From positions 1,740,001 to 1,772,000 of the forward strand of contig NC_015067.1 of NCBI RefSeq assembly GCF_000196555.1: a DNA stretch of 32,000 nt, read 5' to 3'. This DNA comes from Bifidobacterium longum subsp. longum JCM 1217. Its GTDB lineage: Bacteria > Actinomycetota > Actinomycetes > Actinomycetales > Bifidobacteriaceae. Below the pieces are notes generated by a model. The model had not been told where the DNA came from. It did not search any database and saw only the letters and a list, made by a program, of their open reading frames with translations. A program made the position numbers and the translations under genes. This document shows, piece by piece, positions 9,315 to 16,400 of this stretch. Position 1 is the stretch's first letter. Every line of letters begins with the position of its first letter.

Positions 9315-11177
9315 TCAGTCGAGACCGGAGAGCTTGTTGATCAGCTCCGGGTCACGCGTCGCACCCTTGTCGGCCGAGCGGGCGAAGGCGGCGTACGCCT
9401 TCAGCGCCTGGGAGACGTGGCGGTTGCGGTGAGCCACGTAGCCGTCGCCAGCCTCAAGCTCGCGACGACGCTCGTCCAGCTGCTCGTCAGTCAGTTCGAC
9501 GTTCACGGAACGGGCTTCGATATCGATATCGATGATGTCGCCGTTCTTGATAAGCGCCACCGGTCCCTTATTGGCAGCCTCAGGCGCCATGTGGCCGATG
9601 GCCAGACCGGAGGAACCGCCGGAGTAGCGACCGTCGGTGAGCATGGCGACCTGCTTGCCGATGCCCTTGCCCTTGACGAAGGAGGTCGGGTACAGCATTT
9701 CCTGCATGCCCGGGCCACCCTTCGGGCCTTCGTAACGAATCACAAGCGCCATGCCGGGCTTCAGGGTGTCGTTCAGAATGACCTCGATGGCCTGCTCCTG
9801 GGAGTCGACCACCAGAGCCGGTCCACGGAACTTCCAGATCTCCGGCGGAACACCGGCGGTCTTGACCACGCAGCCGTCGGGGGCCAGGTTGCCGCGCAGC
9901 ACGGCGAGGCCGCCTTCGTGAATCTCCGGGTGGTTGATGTCGTGGATGGCGCCGTTGGCGCGGTCACGGTCGAGCGAATCGAACAGGGTGGTGTGGGTCC
10001 ACGGCTCCGGGGAGATGATGTGGCCAGGAGCGGCCTTGTACATCTGCTGGGCTTCCTCGGTGCAGGTCGGGCGCATGATGTCCCAATCGGCCAGCTTGGC
10101 TTCCAGCGTCGGATAGTCGATGGAGTGCACGTTGGTGTGCAGCTTGCCGGCGCGGTCGAGCTCGCCGAGGATGCCGGTGATGCCGCCGGCGCGGTGCACG
10201 TCGGAAATCTCCCACTTGCCGGACGGCGAGGCCTTGCAGATGCACGGCACGGTGTGGGAAATACGCTCGATGTCGTCCAGGGTGAAGTCCACGTCGGCGG
10301 ACTGGGCCATGGCGAGGATGTGCAGCACGGTGTTGGTGGAACCGCCCATGGCCACATCCATGGTCATGGCGTTCTCGAAGGCTTCCTTGGTGGCGATGGA
10401 GCGCGGCAGCACGGAATCGTCGGAATCGTCGTAGTACTGGTGGGCGATCTTGACGACCTGCTTGGCGGCACGCTCGAACAGGTCCTTGCGGTAGGAGTGG
10501 GAGGCGAGGATGGTGCCGTTGCCGGGCAGGGCCAGGCCGATGGCCTCGGTCAGGCAGTTCATCGAGTTGGCGGTGAACATGCCGGCGCAGGAGCCGCAGG
10601 TCGGGCAGACGGTCTTCTCATAGTTGAGCAGTTCCTCATCGGAGACGCTGTCGTCGGCGGTGGCGTACATCACGTCGATAAGGTCGGTGCTCTTGACGGT
10701 GCCGTCGGCGAGCACCGTGGTGCCGGCCTCCATCGGGCCACCGGAGACGAACACGGTCGGGATGTTGAGGCGCAGGGCGGCCATCAGCATGCCCGGCACG
10801 ACCTTGTCGCAGTTCGGGATGCAGATGAGTGCGTCGGCACAGTGCGCGTTGCACTGGTATTCGACGGTGTCGGCGATGATGTCGCGGGAGGGCAGGGAGT
10901 AGAGCATGCCGGTGTGACCCATGGCGATGCCGTCGTCCACGGCCATCGTGTTGAACTCGCGCGGGATGCCGCCAGCTTCCTTGATAGCCTCGGAAACGAT
11001 GCGGCCGACCTTGTTGAGGTGGACGTGGCCGGGCAGGAACTCATCGAACGAGTTGGCGATGGCGATGATGGGCTTCTTGCCCATGTCGTCTCCGTTGACG
11101 CCCGCAGCACGGTAGAGGGCTCGGGCGCCTGCAAAGACGCGCCCTGACATAATTTTTGCAGATCGCATTTCAGTCAT
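9315..11177 (-). CDS. ilvD: dihydroxy-acid dehydratase
   Basis: Colinear with E. coli IlvD as I remember it (RSAKIMSGRVFAGARALYRAAG, AVDDGIAMGHTGMLYSLPSR, CDKVVPGM, PTCGSCAGMFTANSMNC). I chose ATG 11177 (MTEMRSAK) by alignment with MPKYRSAT; the track starts at TTG 11189. Confidence 0.93.
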   Translation of the reverse strand: MTEMRSAKIMSGRVFAGARALYRAAGVNGDDMGKKPIIAIANSFDEFLPGHVHLNKVGRIVSEAIKEAGGIPREFNTMAVDDGIAMGHTGMLYSLPSRDIIADTVEYQCNAHCADALICIPNCDKVVPGMLMAALRLNIPTVFVSGGPMEAGTTVLADGTVKSTDLIDVMYATADDSVSDEELLNYEKTVCPTCGSCAGMFTANSMNCLTEAIGLALPGNGTILASHSYRKDLFERAAKQVVKIAHQYYDDSDDSVLPRSIATKEAFENAMTMDVAMGGSTNTVLHILAMAQSADVDFTLDDIERISHTVPCICKASPSGKWEISDVHRAGGITGILGELDRAGKLHTNVHSIDYPTLEAKLADWDIMRPTCTEEAQQMYKAAPGHIISPEPWTHTTLFDSLDRDRANGAIHDINHPEIHEGGLAVLRGNLAPDGCVVKTAGVPPEIWKFRGPALVVDSQEQAIEVILNDTLKPGMALVIRYEGPKGGPGMQEMLYPTSFVKGKGIGKQVAMLTDGRYSGGSSGLAIGHMAPEAANKGPVALIKNGDIIDIDIEARSVNVELTDEQLDERRRELEAGDGYVAHRNRHVSQALKAYAAFARSADKGATRDPELINKLSGLD

Positions 11178-11378
11178 GGTTCTATTCAAGCCCTTGTGAG
11201 GGACACGCCACTTGTCAAGAGTCGAATAATGGAATTTGCAAAAGCGTAACGTTTCTCACACATATTTTTGGAATACATTCCTCCACTGGAAGTCTGGCGG
11301 AGGTCCGGCAGAAGTCCCCCCAAACGGCTACACTTGCTTCGGTTGAGATAGATTTTCCAATGTCTGGAGATAAGAACA

Positions 11379-11663
11379 ATGGCTTTTGGTACTGACCCGA
11401 CACCCGACGGTCTTGCGAACCCGCCGATCGACGACCTGATGAAGCACGCCGATTCCAAGTACGCGCTGGCCATTTTCGCCGCCAAGCGCGCACGCCAGAT
11501 CAACTCCTACTTCACGCAGCTCAACGAGGGCCTGCTGCAGAACATCGGCCCGCTGGTCGAATACCAGAACAATGAGAAGCCCCTGTCCATCGCCTTCCGC
11601 GAAATCGACGAGGGCCTGCTTGAGGAGACCTTGGGCGAGGACGACGCCAACGAGGGCAACTGA
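11379..11663 (+). CDS. rpoZ: DNA-directed RNA polymerase subunit omega
   Basis: 94-aa ORF with the RpoZ core [26 protein letters not shown] and an acidic tail. Confidence 0.85.
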
Positions 11664-11808
11664 TCGATTCCGACAATTCGTTTGGATTGTTTGGACAGTT
11701 CGTCGCCGAATGATGGTGTGAGAGTTCTCTCACAACTGATTTTGAGCGACACGCTTGCCTGAGTTATCGCAATCGGCTATAACTCAACATCGGGAGCGAA
11801 TAAGACGC

Positions 11809-11850
11809 AAGGCTCGCGCCACCGCGCTGGTTGGCACGAGCCTTTATTTA
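11809..11850 (+). terminator. rho-independent terminator downstream of rpoZ
   Basis: Stem AAGGCTCG(C)GCC / GGC(A)CGAGCCTT (11809-11844) followed by TATTTAT. Confidence 0.55.
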
Positions 11851-11940
11851 TGCCCGCTTCCACAGTGACAAGTAAAAATTGACACCGTATCATTGTGCCT
11901 CGCATCCCGCGGGGCGATAAGTCCTGAAGAAAGGGATGAT

Positions 11941-13161
11941 ATGACAGAAGAACATCGGCTTATTTCCGCCGAATCCGTGACCGAAGGCCACCCTGACAAG
12001 GTCTGCGATCAAATCTCCGACGCCATTCTTGATGATTTGCTGGCCCAGGATTCGTCCAGCCATGTGGCCGTGGAGACCTCCGCCGCCACTGGCGTGTTCC
12101 TGATCTTCGGCGAAGTCACGTCCAAGGGGTACTGCGACGTGCAGTCCAAGGTCCGCGAAACCCTGCGCAACATCGGCTACACCTCCTCCGAAGTCGGCCT
12201 TGACGCCGATTCCTGCGGCGTGGTCGTGGCCATCACCGAGCAGAGCGCCGAAATCAACCAGGGCGTTGCCCGTCTGACTGGCGATCAGGAGACCGCCGCC
12301 AGCCGCGAAGAGCGTTACGAAGCACAGGGTGCCGGCGATCAGGGCGTGATGTTTGGCTACGCCACCGACGAGACCCCGACGCTGATGCCGCTTCCGATCT
12401 ACTTGGCACATCGCCTCGCCTTCCGTCTGACCGAGGTCCGCAAGTCCGGTGAAGTGCCGCACCTGCGCCCGGACGGCAAGACCCAGGTAACCATTGAGTA
12501 TGACGATAACGATAAGCCCGTTCGTCTGGACACCGTGCTGATCTCCACTCAGCACGATCCTGAGGTTACGCAGGATTGGCTTGCTGTTGAGCTGAAGAAG
12601 CACGTGATTGACCCGGTGCTTGATGAGGTGCTGGGTTCCAAGGTGCCGCATGACAACTACCGCCAGCTGGTCAACCCGACCGGTTCGTTCATCCTGGGCG
12701 GCCCGGCGGCCGACGCCGGTCTGACCGGCCGCAAGATCATCGTCGACACCTACGGTGGCGCCGCCCACCACGGCGGTGGCGCGTTCTCCGGCAAGGACCC
12801 GTCCAAGGTCGACCGTTCTGCCGCATACGCGACTCGCTGGGTTGCCAAGAACATCGTGGCCGCCGGTCTGGCCCACAAGGTTGAGATCCAGATCGCCTAC
12901 GCTATTGGTGTTGCCGACCCGGTATCCGTCAACGTGGAGACCTTCGGCACCGAGCAAGGCGTGACGCGCGGCCAGATCGCCGCCGCCGTACGCAAGGTCT
13001 TCGATCTGCGCCCCGCTGCGATCATCGACGAGCTGGATCTGAAACGTCCGATTTATCTGAAGACCGCCGCGTATGGTCACTTCGGCCGCACGGACGTTGA
13101 GTTCCCGTGGGAGAAGACCGACAAGGTCGAGGAGCTCAAGGCCGCGATTGGCGCGCAGTAG
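11941..13161 (+). CDS. metK: S-adenosylmethionine synthetase
   Basis: [28 protein letters not shown] and [22 protein letters not shown] 11941 follows GAAAGGGA; the track start at 11893 is an upstream TTG. Confidence 0.95.
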   Translation: MTEEHRLISAESVTEGHPDKVCDQISDAILDDLLAQDSSSHVAVETSAATGVFLIFGEVTSKGYCDVQSKVRETLRNIGYTSSEVGLDADSCGVVVAITEQSAEINQGVARLTGDQETAASREERYEAQGAGDQGVMFGYATDETPTLMPLPIYLAHRLAFRLTEVRKSGEVPHLRPDGKTQVTIEYDDNDKPVRLDTVLISTQHDPEVTQDWLAVELKKHVIDPVLDEVLGSKVPHDNYRQLVNPTGSFILGGPAADAGLTGRKIIVDTYGGAAHHGGGAFSGKDPSKVDRSAAYATRWVAKNIVAAGLAHKVEIQIAYAIGVADPVSVNVETFGTEQGVTRGQIAAAVRKVFDLRPAAIIDELDLKRPIYLKTAAYGHFGRTDVEFPWEKTDKVEELKAAIGAQ

Positions 13162-13170
13162 ACGTTGGCG

Positions 13171-13212
13171 CATTCTTGCGTCGCACCCCGTGCGGGGTGC
13201 GACGCAAGAATG
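13171..13212 (+). terminator. perfect 20-bp-arm inverted repeat, probable metK terminator hairpin (no U-tract)
   Basis: CATTCTTGCGTCGCACCCCG (13171-13190), then tg, then CGGGGTGCGACGCAAGAATG (13193-13212). The arms are exact reverse complements and start 10 nt after the metK stop. Confidence 0.5.
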
Positions 13213-13660
13213 GACTCCATGTCCCAAAATACGAATACTCCGCCCGTCCCACGGCATCGATTGCACGGTACAATCCATCCGTATCTTCCCCGATACGCAA
13301 CCGCTGAAGCGACATGCCAGCAGATCACTCACTCTTGAGTTATCAAACAACAAGAAGAACACACACCGTCCCCAAAAACCATAATCTGCGGCGCAAACGA
13401 CCCAGTGCTTCATGAGAGCTCAGAGCTCACACCGCACAAGACAACTTGACAGAATACAACGAGCATCGCGAACGACTGTGCCGTGAACTGACTCACCGCC
13501 AGCCAGCTCAACAGCGGCGCGATTCCGCCGAGCGTCAAGGCGGTGCGACATGGAGAATGGGACACTTTAGGCACAGATTCGTAAGCAGGAATCTGGCTTT
13601 GCTGACTGTGCACAGCGTGAATAGCTCTTACTCTGATCACATTGCTCCAATGCATCCGTC

Positions 13661-13679
13661 CGGCTAAATGATTATTTAG
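13661..13679 (+). repeat. hsdS junction core, forward copy 1 (CGGCTAAATGATTATTTAG)
   Basis: Identical 19-mer at 15750-15768. The inner 15-mer GCTAAATGATTATTT (13663-13677) is the exact reverse complement of 16376-16390. Confidence 0.9.
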
Positions 13680-14488
13680 AGCAGCTTGTAGACGGTAAGT
13701 TTCAAGAGTTGTTTGGTGGTCTTAATTTCAACGCTACGCTCTCTGATGTTGCCGAAATAACGATGGGGCAATCACCAGCAGGAAGTTCGTATAACGAAGA
13801 AGGTGCTGGCATAATCTTCTATCAAGGAAGGGGTGAATTTGGATGGCGTTTCCCAAAGCGTCGTCTCTATACCACTGAGCCAAAACGTTTAGCCTGCGAG
13901 GGTGACGTCCTAATGAGCGTTCGTGCGCCTGTCGGGGACCTCAACGTTGCCTTTGAAAATTGCTGTATCGGACGTGGTCTGGCAGCTATCCATAGCGAAA
14001 CCCCGTCATTTGCTCTGTACTTAATGCGATTCCTTAAGCCTCAACTTGAGGCTTACAACGGAGAGGGTACTGTATTCGGCTCAATCAACGGTAAGGCTCT
14101 CAAAAGCTTAGAAGTTGCGCTTCCATCTCATAACGAAGTGATGCAATTCGAGTCATTTGCGGCACCGATAGATGCACTAATTAGGAGTAATGAAAACGAA
14201 ACACGGAAATTAAATAACCTAAGGAATTATCTTCTTCCCAAACTCATGTCCGGCGAAATCGACGTTTCGAAGGTTGACCTCACGCAGCTAACAAATAATC
14301 ATTTGCCAGCGCGTGGGCACAATGTTCCTAACTGTTATTGGAAGGAACCCCTATGGAAACCATCATTAATAGTGTTCTGTCGCAGATGCAGAACATGCTT
14401 GATCCGTCACAGCTCAAACATCTGGCCGAAGTACTCAGAGTCACGCTGCTGCCAACTCAGGAAACATCAGCGCCGCAGAATCTGCTGA
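13661..14488 (+). CDS. hsdS: start-less hsdS half cassette (central conserved region + TRD 'A2' + C-terminal conserved region); probably a silent donor cassette
   Basis: The frame is open from the stop at 13634-13636 and reads RLNDYLEQLVDGKFQELFGG-TRD-LRNYLLPKLMSGEIDVSKVDLTQLTNNHL. HsdS similarity ends near 14304. The ORF then reads through out of frame over the recombinase start, to 14488. There is no ATG or SD at the start of the homology and no N-terminal TRD. Confidence 0.75.
   Translation, partial: RLNDYLEQLVDGKFQELFGGLNFNATLSDVAEITMGQSPAGSSYNEEGAGIIFYQGRGEFGWRFPKRRLYTTEPKRLACEGDVLMSVRAPVGDLNVAFENCCIGRGLAAIHSETPSFALYLMRFLKPQLEAYNGEGTVFGSINGKALKSLEVALPSHNEVMQFESFAAPIDALIRSNENETRKLNNLRNYLLPKLMSGEIDVSKVDLTQLTNNHLPARGHNVPNCYWKEPLWKPSLIVFCRRCRTCLIRHSSNIWPKYSESRCCQLRKHQRRRIC
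14243..14304 (+). repeat. 62-bp perfect direct repeat, copy 1 (C-terminal conserved region of hsdS; ends in the reverse-oriented core)
   Basis: CTCATGTCCGGCGAAATCGACGTTTCGAAGGTTGACCTCACGCAGCTAACAAATAATCATTT is identical to 16326-16387. The last 12 nt (14293-14304) are the reverse complement of AAATGATTATTT. Confidence 0.9.
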
Positions 14489-15312
14489 CGCTATTCCTCA
14501 CGGCAAAAGAGGTCGAAGGCTGCTCGCCGAAAACCATCGCTTACTATGAGAGCACACTCCAGCACATGACCCAGGCCCTCGCCAAGCCTTGTACGCGGAT
14601 AAACAGCGATGACTTGCGCGAGTACCTCAACAGATACGAGAACGAACGTCATGCGGGCAAGGTCACCATCGACAACATTCGGCGTATCATGTCAAGCTTC
14701 TTCGCGTGGCTTGAGGACGAGGATTATATCGTCAAAAGCCCTGTAAGGCGCATCCACCGTGTGAAGACCGCTGTAATGGCTAAGGAAGTCCTGAGCGACG
14801 AAAATCTGGAAACTCTGCGGGACCGATGCGGCACCTTGCGGGATCTTGCCATCGTGGACATTCTCGCATCCACGGGTATGCGAGTGGGTGAACTGGTCGG
14901 CTTGAACATAGCCGACGTGAATCTTCAGGAGCGGGAATGCTTGGTCACAGGCAAGGGAAACAAGCAGCGTCCCGTTTATTTCGACGCCAGAACGAAGCTT
15001 CATCTCACCGCATACCTGCAATCACGTAACGACAGCAATCCAGCGCTATTCGTTGCTTTGAATGGCGATGGTGACCGTATCAGCATCGGCGGCATCGAAA
15101 GCCGCCTCAGACAGCTCGGCAAAGATGCCGGCATTCATCGAGTTCATCCGCATAAGTTCCGTCGTACTCTGGCCACGCACGCCATCGACAAAGGCATGCC
15201 GATCGAACAGGTGCAAAAACTGCTCGGGCATGCGAGAATAGACACGACCATGCACTACGTCATGGTCAACCAGAACAACGTGAAAGCTTCACACAGAAGG
15301 TATTTGGAATGA
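14353..15312 (+). CDS. tyrosine site-specific recombinase (XerC/XerD-like integrase family), candidate hsdS invertase
   Basis: N-terminal SAM-like core-binding region (SPKTIAYYESTLQHM). Catalytic signature: ASTGMRVGEL (Arg), HPHKFRRTLAT (His-x-x-Arg) and LLGHARIDTTMHY (His plus Tyr nucleophile). ATG 14353 follows GAAGGA; the track starts at TTG 14338. The stop overlaps the hsdS ATG (ATGA, 15309-15312). Confidence 0.85.
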   Translation: METIINSVLSQMQNMLDPSQLKHLAEVLRVTLLPTQETSAPQNLLTLFLTAKEVEGCSPKTIAYYESTLQHMTQALAKPCTRINSDDLREYLNRYENERHAGKVTIDNIRRIMSSFFAWLEDEDYIVKSPVRRIHRVKTAVMAKEVLSDENLETLRDRCGTLRDLAIVDILASTGMRVGELVGLNIADVNLQERECLVTGKGNKQRPVYFDARTKLHLTAYLQSRNDSNPALFVALNGDGDRISIGGIESRLRQLGKDAGIHRVHPHKFRRTLATHAIDKGMPIEQVQKLLGHARIDTTMHYVMVNQNNVKASHRRYLE

Positions 15313-16400
15313 GCTGGCGAGAGACGACCCTTGGTGAGATTACCGACTTAAAAAGAGGATTTGATTTGCCGAAAAGCCAGCGTTTGCAAGGGGATGTGCC
15401 GGTTTATTCATCATCGGGAATTACCGGATCTAATAGTACTGCAGCAGTAGAGGGGCCCTGTGTAATCACAGGGCGATACGGCACTATCGGAGAAGTTTTC
15501 TTTTCGGGTGGTCCATGTTGGCCTCTCAACACAGCTTTGTATTCTACCGAATTCAACGGCAACAATCCTCGATTTATTTATTATCTTTTGCAGACAATTC
15601 CTTGGCAGGGATACACAACAGCTAGTGCTGTGCCAGGCGTCAATCGAAATCACGTGAATCTCTGCCCTGTCAAGATACCTGACAGGGCAACGCAAGATGC
15701 AATCGTAGAAGTGCTTGATTCCATTGTCGACAAAATTGCCCTTAATAATCGGCTAAATGATTATTTAGCCAACTTGTGTGAAACGATTGCCAGTAGATAC
15801 TGTAATGACAGAAATTCACGTCTTCGAGATATCTGCTATCAGGTTGCTGACCACGTCGATTATGACAACGCGAATCAGGAGACTTACGTTTCGACTGAGT
15901 CACTAATGCAGAACAAGGGCGGACGGCAACTGGCGTCTTCGCTCCCAGCAACGGGCAAGATTACACGGTATAAAGCCGGCGACACTCTGATTTCTAATAT
16001 TCGGCCCTATTTTAAGAAGATATGGTACGCCCCGTTTGAAGGTACATGTTCGGGTGATGTCATCGTTTTTAGAGCGAATGATCCCAGCAACGCGCCATAT
16101 CTGCATGCATGCCTACGGCAAGACTCATTCTTTGACTACGTCATGCAAGGTGCGAAGGGAACAAAGATGCCCCGTGGGGATAAAAAACAAATGATGGAGT
16201 TCAAGGTTGCCAGTTCATGCAGTACGAAAGATTTGATCCTATTAGATTCCGCAATAAAGCAAAGATCTGATAACGATTCAGAGACAGTAAAGCTCCAAGC
16301 ACTGCGCGATACGCTCCTTCCCAAGCTCATGTCCGGCGAAATCGACGTTTCGAAGGTTGACCTCACGCAGCTAACAAATAATCATTTAGCTGGTTGTTAA
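15309..16400 (+). CDS. hsdS: Type I R-M specificity subunit HsdS, full length (TRD 'B1' - central conserved region - TRD 'B2' - C-terminal conserved region)
   Basis: 363 aa with two dissimilar TRDs separated by DAIVEVLDSIVDKIALNNRLNDYLANL. It ends LRDTLLPKLMSGEIDVSKVDLTQLTNNHLAGC. It is translationally coupled to the recombinase. Confidence 0.9.
   Translation: MSWRETTLGEITDLKRGFDLPKSQRLQGDVPVYSSSGITGSNSTAAVEGPCVITGRYGTIGEVFFSGGPCWPLNTALYSTEFNGNNPRFIYYLLQTIPWQGYTTASAVPGVNRNHVNLCPVKIPDRATQDAIVEVLDSIVDKIALNNRLNDYLANLCETIASRYCNDRNSRLRDICYQVADHVDYDNANQETYVSTESLMQNKGGRQLASSLPATGKITRYKAGDTLISNIRPYFKKIWYAPFEGTCSGDVIVFRANDPSNAPYLHACLRQDSFFDYVMQGAKGTKMPRGDKKQMMEFKVASSCSTKDLILLDSAIKQRSDNDSETVKLQALRDTLLPKLMSGEIDVSKVDLTQLTNNHLAGC
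15750..15768 (+). repeat. hsdS junction core, forward copy 2 (CGGCTAAATGATTATTTAG)
   Basis: Identical to 13661-13679. The 15-mer 15752-15766 is an exact inverted repeat of 16376-16390 and brackets TRD B2. Confidence 0.9.
16326..16387 (+). repeat. 62-bp perfect direct repeat, copy 2; its 3' end plus 3 nt (16376-16390) is the reverse-oriented 15-bp core
   Basis: Identical to 14243-14304. AAATAATCATTTAGC (16376-16390) is the reverse complement of GCTAAATGATTATTT. Confidence 0.9.

Noticed and set aside
11851-11940. Possible SAM riboswitch or promoter upstream of metK (TTGACA at 11879-11884)
   Set aside because: The leader is too short and shows no SAM-riboswitch-like conserved helices. No acceptable -10 hexamer lies 16-18 nt after the TTGACA.
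9417-13413. ORFs 9417-11147 (+, 576 aa) and 11890-13413 (-, 507 aa)
   Set aside because: They are antisense to ilvD and metK respectively, both of which are unambiguous. They are shadow ORFs.
13410-13667. Small ORFs 13410-13655 (-) and 13446-13667 (+) in the orphan region left of the hsdS cassettes
   Set aside because: They are mutually antisense, have no SD, and one uses a TTG start. I can recognise no domain. I also checked the frame continuous with the A2 cassette for a decayed N-terminal TRD and found stops at 13568-13570 and 13634-13636. They are kept only as context in a finding.
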